Notes: generated from the sequence alone by a model not told the origin. DNA of 64,000 bases from Phycisphaerales bacterium (GCA_018644725.1 JABGPZ010000069.1:19055-83054); one strand, 5' to 3'; shown: positions 28,631 to 39,033, numbered from the stretch's first letter. Made by a program: numbers and translations.

Positions 28631-30514
28631 ATGACCCTTCGCAGATCATGCTGCATTGTGCTTGCCCTTACGTGCGTGTGTGTCGCCGAGACACCGCGTG
28701 AGCAGTTTTCCGAGCGCTACGGCGAGAAAATCAAGGCGGTCGCAAAAACCAGTATGACGACCGATGATCTGGCATTGGGGAAGGAACTGTACCACGCCGT
28801 CGCGGTTGAAGAAAATCTGGAATTGATGGAGATTATGGCCAAGGCCTCCTATGGCCTGTGTATAAAGCATCCCGACGGGTTTGAGTTGGCCGTCAATTCC
28901 ATGCTGGTGCTGGCGGAGCTTGTCGAAGCCAAGCGGATCGATTCGCTGGAAAAGGCCCTGGCGGTTCAGCAGCAGAAATATGTCCGCGCGAAGGGGGCGG
29001 AACGGATGAAAAGCGCACCGCGATATTTGCTGATCCTCGGAAAGCTCGTGGACGCGACGGTCGAGGCCGAGAAGATGAGAGATGCGCTGAAATATTCCAA
29101 TCAGGCGATTACGTTTGCCCACACCATCCGAAGCAGTGAATTGGAAGCGTGGCAAAAACGCGCCGAGGAAATTAAGCAGACGGAATTGTCTGTACACAAA
29201 GTCGCCGCATTGGCCACCCGTCTTGAAAGAGAACCGACCAATGTCGAGTTGCGCCGGGAACTGATTTTGATGACCGTCGGCGTGATTGGCAATCCGCAAC
29301 GCGCACATGGACTGTTGACGGCGAGTGTGGACGAGGAGCTTCGGAGTATGGTGACACTGGCGACGATTCCCATTAACCAGATGGAGTCGGCCAGTGCGCT
29401 GGAGCTGGCCCAGTGGTACGAGCGGTTGTTGCCGACCGTGCCCAAGTCGAGTGTGAAGCGAATTGAGCATGACTTGTTTTCCCTCTACAGCCGCGCGATG
29501 GTTGATCTGCCCAAACACGATGTGGATGCGAGCAAAATCAAAAGCACACTGGATCGCCTTCGGTCTGTCCAGAAAACCGCAGATTATGTCGCATGGGTTG
29601 CGCGCCCTCGTATCATTGCCAAGGCGGATCCCCGCCGTCGCGGAATCAAGGCCAAGGCCACCAAGTTCCTTTGGGCCCAGCAGGGCGCAGACGGGACGTG
29701 GAACCCCGGGAGAAACCCCCGTCGGGTCGGGGTGTACACCTCAACGTCGTTGGTGGTTCTGACGCTCCTGGATTCGGGAGTTCAGCCGACCGACAAGCGA
29801 ATTGCGCCCGTCATCGAAAAAATCATCGCGACGCCTCATTCCGACACCCTGTACAACGCGAGCAGCATTTTGATGCTTCTGCGCGCCGGGAAGATGAGCG
29901 ACCCGAAAGGGGCAGCGGTCATTCGTCAGCGCGTGCGTCGGTTGTTGCTGAGTACGGCAGATTCGACGTTCGCCAAAGAGTCCACCGGGCAGTATCGCAC
30001 GTACCGAGGGGATCTCTATACCAGTTTCTGGGCATGCTGGGCAATTTCGGCCGCACACGATGCCGGGATCGAGGTCAGCGATACGTTCTACACTAAATTG
30101 TGGGGGCGATGCCATGCGATGCAGCACGAGGATGGCGGCTGGGGCTATGCCAAGTTCAGCTCGCCCTCGCATGTGCCGACGGTGATGCAGACGTTGCTGG
30201 CGATGATCGCGGTGGAGAAGCAGGGCAAAAGCCTGAAAAAAACGCAAGCGTACAGCACCATTCGTAACGGGCTTGATTGGATTGACGAAAACTTTGACGA
30301 CGGCAATAACGACGATCCAATGATGTACTTGTTTCTGCTGTCACGTTTTGGATTGTCGCAGAATTCGACGACGATCAATGGCAAGGATTGGATTGAGTAC
30401 ATGACTGACCCGCTGGTGAAATTTCAAGAGGCGGACGGCAGTTGGGCTCCTGCGGAGAAGTCGCCTGTGCTGTCGACCGCGTTGGGGCTGATGGCGATTC
30501 AGGCCGCGCGATAG
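28631..30514 (+). CDS. Secreted protein with C-terminal prenyltransferase/squalene-oxidase-like (alpha-alpha toroid) repeats
   Basis: Signal peptide MTLRRSCCIVLALTCVCVAE. Repeats of the form QQGADGTWNPG..., EDGGWGYAKF..., QEADGSWAPAE... GGGAG SD. Confidence 0.6.
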   Translation: MTLRRSCCIVLALTCVCVAETPREQFSERYGEKIKAVAKTSMTTDDLALGKELYHAVAVEENLELMEIMAKASYGLCIKHPDGFELAVNSMLVLAELVEAKRIDSLEKALAVQQQKYVRAKGAERMKSAPRYLLILGKLVDATVEAEKMRDALKYSNQAITFAHTIRSSELEAWQKRAEEIKQTELSVHKVAALATRLEREPTNVELRRELILMTVGVIGNPQRAHGLLTASVDEELRSMVTLATIPINQMESASALELAQWYERLLPTVPKSSVKRIEHDLFSLYSRAMVDLPKHDVDASKIKSTLDRLRSVQKTADYVAWVARPRIIAKADPRRRGIKAKATKFLWAQQGADGTWNPGRNPRRVGVYTSTSLVVLTLLDSGVQPTDKRIAPVIEKIIATPHSDTLYNASSILMLLRAGKMSDPKGAAVIRQRVRRLLLSTADSTFAKESTGQYRTYRGDLYTSFWACWAISAAHDAGIEVSDTFYTKLWGRCHAMQHEDGGWGYAKFSSPSHVPTVMQTLLAMIAVEKQGKSLKKTQAYSTIRNGLDWIDENFDDGNNDDPMMYLFLLSRFGLSQNSTTINGKDWIEYMTDPLVKFQEADGSWAPAEKSPVLSTALGLMAIQAAR

Positions 30515-30521
30515 ACCGCGA

Positions 30522-31526
30522 TTACGAGTTCTGAGATTCCCAGAGTGCTTCGTCAGTCGAACAATAGCGCACCCGTGATTTTTTATATTCCGTCGCCGAT
30601 TCCAAAAAGCATTCGTCGAGGGGGCAGATGCGTTCGCGCAATTCCGCGAGTACGGTTTGTGCCTGTTGCTCGTCGCGGGCGTGGACCATGGTATAGAGGT
30701 CGTACGGCCAGTCGGGATAGCTCACGCGCCGATAGCAATGGCTCACGGCGGGGTGTTCGGCGGCGCGCGCAGCGACCTGCGGCGAGGGGGTTTGCCAAAC
30801 GGCCATGACGTTGTGTCCCGCGCCTGTGCGGCGATGGTGGAACACGGCGGCATAGCGGCGCATCACTCCGCGATCGCGCAGGTCGTTGGCGATCGTCAGA
30901 AGGCGGTCTGTCGTGAGCGTCGGGTGGGTTGCGCAAAGCGCGTCAAACGGCGCAGCCGTCGCGGGCAGGTCGCGCTGGAGAAGTCCGACGGCCTGGATCA
31001 GTTCGTCGTTGAGTTCGATGGGTGGCGCGTCGTTCGGCGGTGGGGCGTCCGAGGCGTGTTGGGGCGTGTCGGCGGAAAAGTCGAATCGCACGGCCAGCTT
31101 GAGCGTTTCGATGGTCGGCAGGAGGTGATAGCATTCCACGCCAGCGAGTTCGGCTAGACGCGCGACGGTGGGCTCGAGCCCGAGGGCAGAATTGCCCGAG
31201 ACCGCGACGGTGAACCAGAGGCTGTAGCGCTCGTGGGTCCGCGCATAGCAATGGCTCACGCCAGGGTGAGCGGCGACGATCTGTCCGGCGGCGTCGGGAT
31301 TGGCCCCCGCCCCGAAGGCAACAAGCGCTTGGCGATATCCCAGAGCGGGTGGGTGAAAAATTGCGCTGATGTCGCGGATCACACCGCTTTGGCGCAGGGA
31401 GCTCACGCGCTGAATCACGTCTTGTTCTGTCGCGTCAAGCCGCTCGGCAAGGATCGCAAATGGACGCTCGCAAAGTGGAATGTCGCGTTGAAGCTGAGCC
31501 AAGATGGTCTTGTCGAGATCGTCCAC
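30522..31526 (-). CDS. Tandem Lrp/AsnC-like domain protein, siroheme decarboxylase-like (fused AhbA/AhbB or NirD/L-type)
   Basis: Two consecutive about 160-aa modules, each starting with an HTH (LDKTILAQLQRDIPLCERPFAILAERLDATEQDVIQRV and LNDELIQAVGLLQRDLPATAAPFDALCATH). GTG start at 31526 with an AAGGA SD right after the pyrD stop. The track's start at 31625 overlaps pyrD. Confidence 0.5.
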   Translation of the reverse strand: MDDLDKTILAQLQRDIPLCERPFAILAERLDATEQDVIQRVSSLRQSGVIRDISAIFHPPALGYRQALVAFGAGANPDAAGQIVAAHPGVSHCYARTHERYSLWFTVAVSGNSALGLEPTVARLAELAGVECYHLLPTIETLKLAVRFDFSADTPQHASDAPPPNDAPPIELNDELIQAVGLLQRDLPATAAPFDALCATHPTLTTDRLLTIANDLRDRGVMRRYAAVFHHRRTGAGHNVMAVWQTPSPQVAARAAEHPAVSHCYRRVSYPDWPYDLYTMVHARDEQQAQTVLAELRERICPLDECFLESATEYKKSRVRYCSTDEALWESQNS

Positions 31527-31534
31527 GGGAGTCC

Positions 31535-32458
31535 TTATTCGAGTGCGCCGATGATTTCGTTGATCGACGTGCAGCCGTGGCGCGTGAGGTATTCGTTGAT
31601 GGTGTCGCGGATTTCGACGATGCACGCAGGGTCGACAAACAGGGCCGTGCCGATCGCGAGGCCCGTCGCGCCCGCGAGGAGAAATTCCAGCGCGTCGCGC
31701 CCGGTTTGGATGCCGCCCATGCCGATGATCGGGATGCCCGCGGGCTTGGCGACCTGGGTGTAGACGCGGTGGACCATGTGGACGGCGACGGGTTTGATTG
31801 CCGGTCCCGAAAGCCCGCCCGTGCGGTTGGCGAGAACGGGTTTGCGGGTTTCGACGTCGACGACCATGGCCGTGAGCGTGTTGATGAGGCTCAGCGCGTC
31901 GGCCCCGCCCTCGACAGCGGCGGCCGCAATGGCGGTGATGTCGGTGACGTTGGGGCTGAGCTTGACGATGAGCTTGTTCTTGCCGCAGGCGGCCTTGACC
32001 GCGCGGGTGATTTCGGTTGCACTGGCGGGGTCGGTGCCGAACTGAATCCCGCCGGCCTTGACGTTCGGACAGCTGATGTTTAGCTCCAACGCCTTCACGA
32101 CATCCACGTTCGCGAGTGCTTCGGTCACTTGGACATAGTCGTCGATGTTCGTGCCAGCGATGTTGACGAACACCGGAAGGTTCAGTTCTTCCAGAAGCGG
32201 AATTTTCTCGTCGAGGAAGCGTTCGAGCCCGACATTCGCCAGGCCGATCGCGTTGAGCATCCCGCTGCGCGTTTCAACCACGCGCGGGTAGGGGTTGCCT
32301 TCGCGCGGTGCGACGGAGATGGACTTGGTGACGAACGCGCCGAGGGTGCGCAAGTCGACGAAGTCGGCATATTCGTTGGCATAGCCGCAGGTGCCGCTGG
32401 CGGTCATCAGGGGGTTGGCGAGTTCAATTCCGGCGATGTTGACGCTGAGATCAGGCAT
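31535..32458 (-). CDS. pyrD: Dihydroorotate dehydrogenase, class 1B catalytic subunit-like
   Basis: LANPLMTASGTCGYANEY...ISCPNVKAGG...LSGPAIKP...GGIQTGRDALEFLLAGA is the DHOD TIM-barrel signature. Confidence 0.85.
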   Translation of the reverse strand: MPDLSVNIAGIELANPLMTASGTCGYANEYADFVDLRTLGAFVTKSISVAPREGNPYPRVVETRSGMLNAIGLANVGLERFLDEKIPLLEELNLPVFVNIAGTNIDDYVQVTEALANVDVVKALELNISCPNVKAGGIQFGTDPASATEITRAVKAACGKNKLIVKLSPNVTDITAIAAAAVEGGADALSLINTLTAMVVDVETRKPVLANRTGGLSGPAIKPVAVHMVHRVYTQVAKPAGIPIIGMGGIQTGRDALEFLLAGATGLAIGTALFVDPACIVEIRDTINEYLTRHGCTSINEIIGALE

Positions 32459-32487
32459 GATGATGTTCCGTGGGTGGAGGTGGCGGG

Positions 32488-33459
32488 TTACCAGGTGGTG
32501 GGGTCGCGGAAGAAGTCGCGCAGGTTCATAGAAGCCGTCGCGCCGTCGGCGCAGGCGGTGACGAGTTGCATGGCCGCGCCTTGGCGGCAGTCGCCCGCGA
32601 TGAACACGCCCGGAGTCGTGGTTTTCATCGTATAGGGGTCGGCAGGGATATAGCCATGCTCGTCGATTTCGACGAGGCCTTGCGCGAAGCCGGTGTTGGG
32701 GACCATGCCGACGAAGACGAACACGCCGTCGACCTTGATCTCTTCGATGGCGTCGGTTTCGACATTGCGAATTTTGACGTGGTCAATTTCACTACCGTCT
32801 TCGGTGGCGACGATTTCGACCGGGACGTAGGGCAGCTTGACGTCGATGCCGTGCTCGTCGGCCTTTTCGTACAGTTCGTTGACGAGAATCTGTTGGGCGC
32901 GGAATTCGCGTCGGCGGTGGATGAGCGTCGTCTTTTTGGCGAAGCGAGTGGCGAGGTAGATCGCGTCTTCGACGGCCGTGTTGCCTCCGCCGATGGTGAG
33001 GACGGTTTTGTCGCGATAGAACGCGCCGTCGCACGTCGCGCAGTAGCTGACCTTGCCGACTTGGCGGAGTTCATTTTCGCCGGGCAGGCCCAGCTGGCGG
33101 TACTCGCTGCCGGGGGTGAGGATGACCGAGCGGCCTTTGTAGGTGGCTTCGCCTGCGTTGGCGACGAGGGTGAACGTGCCATCGTCTTCGCGCGTGATGG
33201 AGTCCACCGCGCGGTTGGTGACGATTTCAGCACCGAAGTGAGTGGCTTGGGTTTTCATCGATTCGACGAGTTCAAACCCGCCGATTTTGAGATAGCCGGG
33301 GTAGTTTTCAATGTGCTCGGTGAGCATGATCTGTCCGCCGGGCAGGCCGTTTTTTTCGATGAGTAGGGTTTTGTTGCCGTCGCGCGCTGCATAGAGGCCC
33401 GCGGCAAGGCCCGCAGGCCCCGCACCGACAATGATGACGTCGTAGAGTGAATCAGACAT
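32488..33459 (-). CDS. trxB: Thioredoxin-disulfide reductase
   Basis: FAD site YDVIIVGAGPAG, redox-active CATCDG, NADPH site GGGNTAVEDA. GGAG SD. Confidence 0.9.
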   Translation of the reverse strand: MSDSLYDVIIVGAGPAGLAAGLYAARDGNKTLLIEKNGLPGGQIMLTEHIENYPGYLKIGGFELVESMKTQATHFGAEIVTNRAVDSITREDDGTFTLVANAGEATYKGRSVILTPGSEYRQLGLPGENELRQVGKVSYCATCDGAFYRDKTVLTIGGGNTAVEDAIYLATRFAKKTTLIHRRREFRAQQILVNELYEKADEHGIDVKLPYVPVEIVATEDGSEIDHVKIRNVETDAIEEIKVDGVFVFVGMVPNTGFAQGLVEIDEHGYIPADPYTMKTTTPGVFIAGDCRQGAAMQLVTACADGATASMNLRDFFRDPTTW

Positions 33460-33492
33460 GGAGAACTCCGTAGAAATGTGTTCGAGAAGGGG

Positions 33493-34962
33493 TTAGGGTT
33501 TCTTGGTGCCGGCGGTTTCGGCGTCGTTGAGTGTTTTGATTACAGCCAGCGCATCGGGGAACTTGGCGAGAATGGCCCGTTGGTCGCAGGCAAGAATTTC
33601 CATCGTTCCGCTCGTGGCGCGGAGCAGGGTTCCGGTCGCGGGGTCGACCCACAGGGTGTTGCGCGGCGCGCCCATGTCGGGCTGGTCGGTAATTTTAATC
33701 GCGTGGGTGCGCCCTGTGGAGAGGGAGATCATTTCGGGGCCGACGATGGTGAGCGTTCTCATGGCGAAGGCTTCGTTGTTGACGTTGTAGCAGGCGAACG
33801 TGTAGCTTCGGCCTTTGGTGCGGTCGAGGAGCTTGGGAAGGATCGGGTCAAGCGTTCGCGGGAGGTAGAATGCCCGGATCGCGATATCCACGGGGTGCTC
33901 GTAGGTTTTGGGACGCCCCCCCTGGGAAAGGATGCTGACAATCATGTTGTTTTGACGCAGGCCTTCGAGGGAATTGACGATGGAGGCCGTGGGCACATCG
34001 GTCTTTTTTTTCTCCAGGCCGTTCTGTGTGATCGACTGCCAATGTTCCACGTCGCTGGAGTCCGCGAGAAATGACAGACTCCGGGAGACGGATGCCTGGG
34101 TCTGTTCCTTGTCGGGCGGGCACATATAGCTCCATGTACGGAAGCGAGTGCCCTTCGTGCCCTTCCTGCCGGAGTCGAGAGCGTACATTTGTTTGTTGTA
34201 CCCGCGAATGCAGGTCTTGGCGTGCAGGCATCGCCAGCCGATGGGTTTTCCGTTTTTGCTCAGCAGGATCCACTGGGGTCCCTCGGGCAGCGCGGCGTGG
34301 ATGGTCTTGGTCTGGAGCGATTCGAGGAACGTGCTCGCATTTTTGGTCTGGACCTTGAGCTGGGCGTGAAACGCGGAAGGGTCTTTTTTCAAGATGGACT
34401 TCCACACGGTGTCCCAGAGCGTTTGGATGGATTGGCCTTCGACCGCGTCGAGCTTGATCGTGAGGAACATGCCCGATTTGGGTTTCAGCTCGATCCAAGC
34501 CTGGCGGAAGTGCATCGTCTTGACGTTGGAGGCGCTGGTTTGGCTAATGACATTGCCCGATTCGTCGAGGAGGGTGTGTTGGCCGGGCTTGGTGACGCCC
34601 TCGAGGAGGAGGACTTTGTGCTCGCCGAGTGTGGCGATCGATTTGTCGGTGACCTTGCCGCCTGGAAGGCGGCGGACGCGTTCGGCGAGCTGGAGCCCGA
34701 GCTGGGTGAGGCTGACGTTTTCCTTCTCGTTGAAATTCTGGTGGAGCGAGAGTGACCAGGTGAGCTTTGACCCGTCGGCGCCTTCCTCGAGTTTGACCCA
34801 GTTCGCCAGTTGGCCCTTGCCGATGTGGGCGGACCGTGTGGCGCCTTTGGGGATGCTGAATTGAATCCCGTGGAAGTCATTGGTATAGCTGTCATCTCCC
34901 GCCAGGGCGGCGGAACATGCCAAAAGAATCACCAGCAGGGTTCGTCGAATGGAAGTCATCAT
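33493..34962 (-). CDS. Secreted hypothetical protein (489 aa)
   Basis: Signal peptide MMTSIRRTLLVILLACSAALA. No recognised domain. Confidence 0.5.
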   Translation of the reverse strand: MMTSIRRTLLVILLACSAALAGDDSYTNDFHGIQFSIPKGATRSAHIGKGQLANWVKLEEGADGSKLTWSLSLHQNFNEKENVSLTQLGLQLAERVRRLPGGKVTDKSIATLGEHKVLLLEGVTKPGQHTLLDESGNVISQTSASNVKTMHFRQAWIELKPKSGMFLTIKLDAVEGQSIQTLWDTVWKSILKKDPSAFHAQLKVQTKNASTFLESLQTKTIHAALPEGPQWILLSKNGKPIGWRCLHAKTCIRGYNKQMYALDSGRKGTKGTRFRTWSYMCPPDKEQTQASVSRSLSFLADSSDVEHWQSITQNGLEKKKTDVPTASIVNSLEGLRQNNMIVSILSQGGRPKTYEHPVDIAIRAFYLPRTLDPILPKLLDRTKGRSYTFACYNVNNEAFAMRTLTIVGPEMISLSTGRTHAIKITDQPDMGAPRNTLWVDPATGTLLRATSGTMEILACDQRAILAKFPDALAVIKTLNDAETAGTKKP

Positions 34963-35055
34963 GGTTCTGCTCCAGTGCGAAAAGTTGTTCCCCTACAGTA
35001 TAGCAGAACCCGTGGGCGGAAAAAAGGGAATGGGGGCCTCGGGGGAGGGTGTCCC

Positions 35056-36180
35056 TCAGGAAAAATGAGTTTCGATCACGTTGATAAATGTCGTGGCCGT
35101 AGCCTGCCAGTGATAGAGTGCTTCGCGCTGGAGTCCCTTCTGGACATAATTTGCGCGCAGACGCGGGTCGGTGATGAGCTTGTGGAGGGCATCGGCGATA
35201 GCATCTCCGCAGGTGGGATCGACCAGAATTGCTGCGTCTCCCGCGACTTCTGGCAGGGAACTGCAATTGGAGGTGATCACGGCGGTGCGGGTGACGAATG
35301 CGTCGAGAATCGGTAGCCCGAACCCTTCGGAGAGGCTTGGAAAGCAAAGAATGTCTGCAAGGCTCATCAGGAGCGGGATGTCTTCGCGCGGGACATAGCC
35401 CAACGCCCGGACGCTGGAGGAATCCAGATTTAATTCACGCAGGGTCGAGTCGACTCGGGTGCGAGCGCGGTCGTTGAGGCCCACCAGAACCAGTCGCCAG
35501 TGGAGTCGAATGCTTTCGGGCAAGGCACCCCATGCGCGCAGGACGCGTTGTGTGTTTTTTCGGGGGTCTTCGGCGGCAAACATCAGGACCAGTTTTTGAT
35601 CGCCGAGGAAATGCCGAGTGCGACAGGCGGCAAGGGACTCGGGGTCCTCGGTCAGTTTCATGTCGTCATTGGCCGCCCAGGGCAGTACAGAAATCCGCTT
35701 GGGATCGATCCCGTAGCAGGTCTCGATTCGCCCCGCCGAGAAGGCTGAAGGCGTGAGAATGTGCCGGGCTTGTTTGGCGGCGCGGCGGACGTGGGTTTCG
35801 AAGAGCTTGCTCTGGGCCGAGAGGTCCGGCAGGTCCATCGGAATCAGGTCGTGAATCGTCAGCAAGAGCGGTGCCGGACACAGCCGCGGTGCGGTGTTCG
35901 CCGGGCAATGTAGCAGCGACGGCCGACGGCGGAGCGTTGTCAGCGGCAGGCGAATTTTTTCCCACAGGCCCATGCGGTCGCCGGGCATTTCGATGTGGCA
36001 GGGGCGAATGTTGTCCAGGCCCTCGAACGGATTGTGCGTGCGGTCTGGATTGCGGTGGAGCAGAGTAAAGCGCCAGTCGTCCCGGATCGCGGCGACATGC
36101 CGATAGAGCTGGATCAGCGTTTTTCCGATCCCGCGGGGTTTGGGGTCGAAAGCGGTTCTGGCATCGACGAGGAGATTCAT
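35056..36180 (-). CDS. Glycosyltransferase family 4 (GT-B, GT1-type)
   Basis: C-terminal FPSLSEGFGLPILDAFVTRTAVITSNCSSLPEVAGDAAILVDP is the GT4 EX7E region. Confidence 0.8.
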   Translation of the reverse strand: MNLLVDARTAFDPKPRGIGKTLIQLYRHVAAIRDDWRFTLLHRNPDRTHNPFEGLDNIRPCHIEMPGDRMGLWEKIRLPLTTLRRRPSLLHCPANTAPRLCPAPLLLTIHDLIPMDLPDLSAQSKLFETHVRRAAKQARHILTPSAFSAGRIETCYGIDPKRISVLPWAANDDMKLTEDPESLAACRTRHFLGDQKLVLMFAAEDPRKNTQRVLRAWGALPESIRLHWRLVLVGLNDRARTRVDSTLRELNLDSSSVRALGYVPREDIPLLMSLADILCFPSLSEGFGLPILDAFVTRTAVITSNCSSLPEVAGDAAILVDPTCGDAIADALHKLITDPRLRANYVQKGLQREALYHWQATATTFINVIETHFS

Positions 36181-37325
36181 GATAGAAGCTCCGTTTCGAT
36201 ATCTTGGGCGTAGCGGTCCAGACTGTAGCGGGTTTCGGCGAGGGTGGATGCCATCGCCGACATCCCCGACCGCAAGGCCGGCTGGTTGGCGAGATATTGC
36301 AGGACTTTTGTCAGGGCGCTGGGGTCGTCGAGGTCGTAGTGGTAGCCCACATTGACGGGATAGATTTCCTCGGCGCTGGAGGTCACGTGGGGCGGGGCAT
36401 GTTTGGGCGCGACGGGGATCAGTCCCGCCTGCAGCGCTTCGAGCAGGACCTGAGGATAGGCGTCATAATAGGCGGCGTGGACAAAGACATCGGCGGCGTG
36501 GCGCAGGTCATTCATGTCATTGCGATAACCCAGCAAGCGGACGCGTGCGCCGAGGCCGTGTTCGTCGCATAGGGCTTGGAGAGCGTGTGCTTGCGGCCCG
36601 GTGCCCGCAACCCAGAACACGATGTCACCTTTGAGTATTCGGGCGCTCTGAAGAATGTGTTCGATGTTTTTATTATCATCCAGCCGCGAGGCCACCAGGC
36701 AAACCATTGACGAGTCTCCGGTGTTTAATTCCTGACGCACGACGGCGCGGGTGCGGGCGGGGGGAGCCGATTCGATCCCCGGTGGAATGATACAGACGCG
36801 TTTTGACGAAATGGGACAGAACGCGTCGACTTCCTGTTGCAGGATGGAGGATTGAAGAATCAACGCGTCGGCAGATTGGATCGTGCGACGTTCAATGCGC
36901 TCGAGTAAGAGCGCGTCGATTCGTTCGCGGAGGGTGTTGCGGGGGGTGTGGTTCGACAGGAGGCACGGGAAGAGGTAGGCAATTTTTGCCGAGGGATATA
37001 GCTTCCGCAGTGGCCGGTCGAGAAAGGGCGAAAAACTCAACGCCCAGGTCGGCTGCGGAATCCCGCGGTGGCGCAGCGAGCGATAGAGAGCCCGTTCGCG
37101 TACGAGTGATGGGATGCGCCAAAGCCGTCCCAGCGGCGCGACGTACCAATGGACGTGACAGCCGTTGATGTGTTGCGAGGTGTAGTCGTTTTCGGGCTGA
37201 GCGGTCTTGGACAGAATGTGCACGTCATGGCCTCGCGCAGCCAGCGCCGAGCCAATCCGCATTGCGCGCCGCGGGGCACCGCCACCGCGGTGGAGATCGT
37301 CATAACAGGCCAGGAGGAGGGTCAT
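36177..37325 (-). CDS. Glycosyltransferase family 4
   Basis: ATGA overlap with the downstream GT. HAAYYDAYPQVLLEALQAGLIPVAPK is a GT4 C-terminal motif. Confidence 0.75.
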   Translation of the reverse strand: MTLLLACYDDLHRGGGAPRRAMRIGSALAARGHDVHILSKTAQPENDYTSQHINGCHVHWYVAPLGRLWRIPSLVRERALYRSLRHRGIPQPTWALSFSPFLDRPLRKLYPSAKIAYLFPCLLSNHTPRNTLRERIDALLLERIERRTIQSADALILQSSILQQEVDAFCPISSKRVCIIPPGIESAPPARTRAVVRQELNTGDSSMVCLVASRLDDNKNIEHILQSARILKGDIVFWVAGTGPQAHALQALCDEHGLGARVRLLGYRNDMNDLRHAADVFVHAAYYDAYPQVLLEALQAGLIPVAPKHAPPHVTSSAEEIYPVNVGYHYDLDDPSALTKVLQYLANQPALRSGMSAMASTLAETRYSLDRYAQDIETELLS

Positions 37326-38965
37326 AGTTTGCGCGCTCCCGATTCTTCATACTCTGCTTCTTTGATTTTATTGCGCAGGAAGATATAGTCTTTGGCGACG
37401 ACCCGTTCGGAGGGCAGGAAGACGAAGAACCAACTTGCCGGCAATGCGACGAGCATGAACGCGGCCCCGTCCAGCAGAAGTGCCACCACAGGCATCCACT
37501 TGGGGTCCTGGGTGATTGCATCGGCATATTGCCCGATGTTCAGGGAACTTGAAAGTGCCATCAGGATCAGCATGACGCCCGCTGCGGAAAGGAAGGGCAG
37601 GGCGTTTTCGCGAATGTAGCGAAGTGTCCGATACTGGATTTTATCGAGAAGGAACAGGCAGATGAAGACATTGCAGATGACCATCGGTACGAGCGTTCCC
37701 CATGCGATGCCCTCGAGTTTCATGCCGAATGTGCCCACGAGAGCAATGGAGAGCGCGAGATTGATCACGCCCTGGCCGAGGGTCATGAGTGCGCCGAATC
37801 GCACGTGGCCCAGGCCGTTGATGATCGACGCGCCGGGGCGAATCGCCATGAGGGTGACTTGGGGGATAATCAGCAAATAGAGTACGCGTCGGGAGGTGTC
37901 GATCATTTCGGGGTGATCGCCCTGATAGACCGAGTCGTAGAACAGTTGGAGGAATCGTGGCCCAAAGAGTGCCAGCGCGGCGTAGTAGGGCAGGGCGATG
38001 AGCATGGTAAATTTTCCGCCCCAGCGGAGGACTTCGCGCAGGGCGAGTTTGTTGTCTGCGCCGCAGAGTTGGACGGCGTGGGGCATGAGAACGTTGGCGA
38101 CGTGGCTGAGCAGCTCGCGCGAATAGGTCACCAGGAGGACCGGGAACGCGTAGTAGGGAATCCACCACGACGCGCTGTGTTCGGAGTCTATATTGGCAAA
38201 CATGATGCCGATGACGAGGATGTCGGTGTGGTGCAGCAGCTTCGAGCCGGTCGAGGAGAGGAACGACCAAATGCTGAATCCAAACATTTCTCGCAGGCGG
38301 ATTCGGGAAATGTGTTTCGGGCGGATTTCCAGTGTGGGGTGCAATTCGCGGGAGATCAGGAATGACAAAATCAGCGCCATGGCCGAGCTGGCGACCTGGA
38401 CCGCCGCCAGAGACACAAGCCCCCCGCCGCGCGAAAGTGCAATCATTGTGCCAAATGCTCGGACGCCGACCGCCAGCAGATTGATGGCGTTGTAAATGTC
38501 AAACCGGTGACGGGCGGTGATGAGTTGCGTGAAGGGGGAACACAAAAAGCCCAGCCAGAGGTTCAGCGTCCCCAGCAACATCGCATTGACGATGGTGGCC
38601 TGGCTGACGCGCTCGGGAATTCCAAACGTGCTCGAGAACGTGAACCCGAGGATCAGGGCCGCAGGAAACAGCACCACGGCCGAGCTGACAAAGATCCCCA
38701 GCGCACTGGAAATCACTCCCGAAAGCATTCCCTCGCGATTCTTGCCTATGTAGTAGTTGACGAATCGGCCGATGCCGCCGCGCGTGCCCAATTCTGCGAG
38801 GCTCAAATATCCCGTCGTCGAGACGATCAGGCCCCACACCCCATAGAGTTCCCCGCCGAGCTTTTGGACGACATACCGACTGAGCAACAGGGCGACAATG
38901 GCGTTGGCCAGGTACCCAACCCAGTTGCACATAAGGCTTTTGATGAAGATTCGGGGTGTGCTCAT
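37322..38965 (-). CDS. Polysaccharide biosynthesis flippase (Wzx-like, MOP superfamily)
   Basis: About 12-14 TM helices. 4-nt overlap with the downstream GT. Confidence 0.7.
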   Translation of the reverse strand: MSTPRIFIKSLMCNWVGYLANAIVALLLSRYVVQKLGGELYGVWGLIVSTTGYLSLAELGTRGGIGRFVNYYIGKNREGMLSGVISSALGIFVSSAVVLFPAALILGFTFSSTFGIPERVSQATIVNAMLLGTLNLWLGFLCSPFTQLITARHRFDIYNAINLLAVGVRAFGTMIALSRGGGLVSLAAVQVASSAMALILSFLISRELHPTLEIRPKHISRIRLREMFGFSIWSFLSSTGSKLLHHTDILVIGIMFANIDSEHSASWWIPYYAFPVLLVTYSRELLSHVANVLMPHAVQLCGADNKLALREVLRWGGKFTMLIALPYYAALALFGPRFLQLFYDSVYQGDHPEMIDTSRRVLYLLIIPQVTLMAIRPGASIINGLGHVRFGALMTLGQGVINLALSIALVGTFGMKLEGIAWGTLVPMVICNVFICLFLLDKIQYRTLRYIRENALPFLSAAGVMLILMALSSSLNIGQYADAITQDPKWMPVVALLLDGAAFMLVALPASWFFVFLPSERVVAKDYIFLRNKIKEAEYEESGARKL

Positions 38966-39033
38966 TGATTCCTTTCGGGCAGACTTGCTAGAGATAGAGT
39001 ATAAACCAATATCGGCAATTTAGACCCGAAAAT

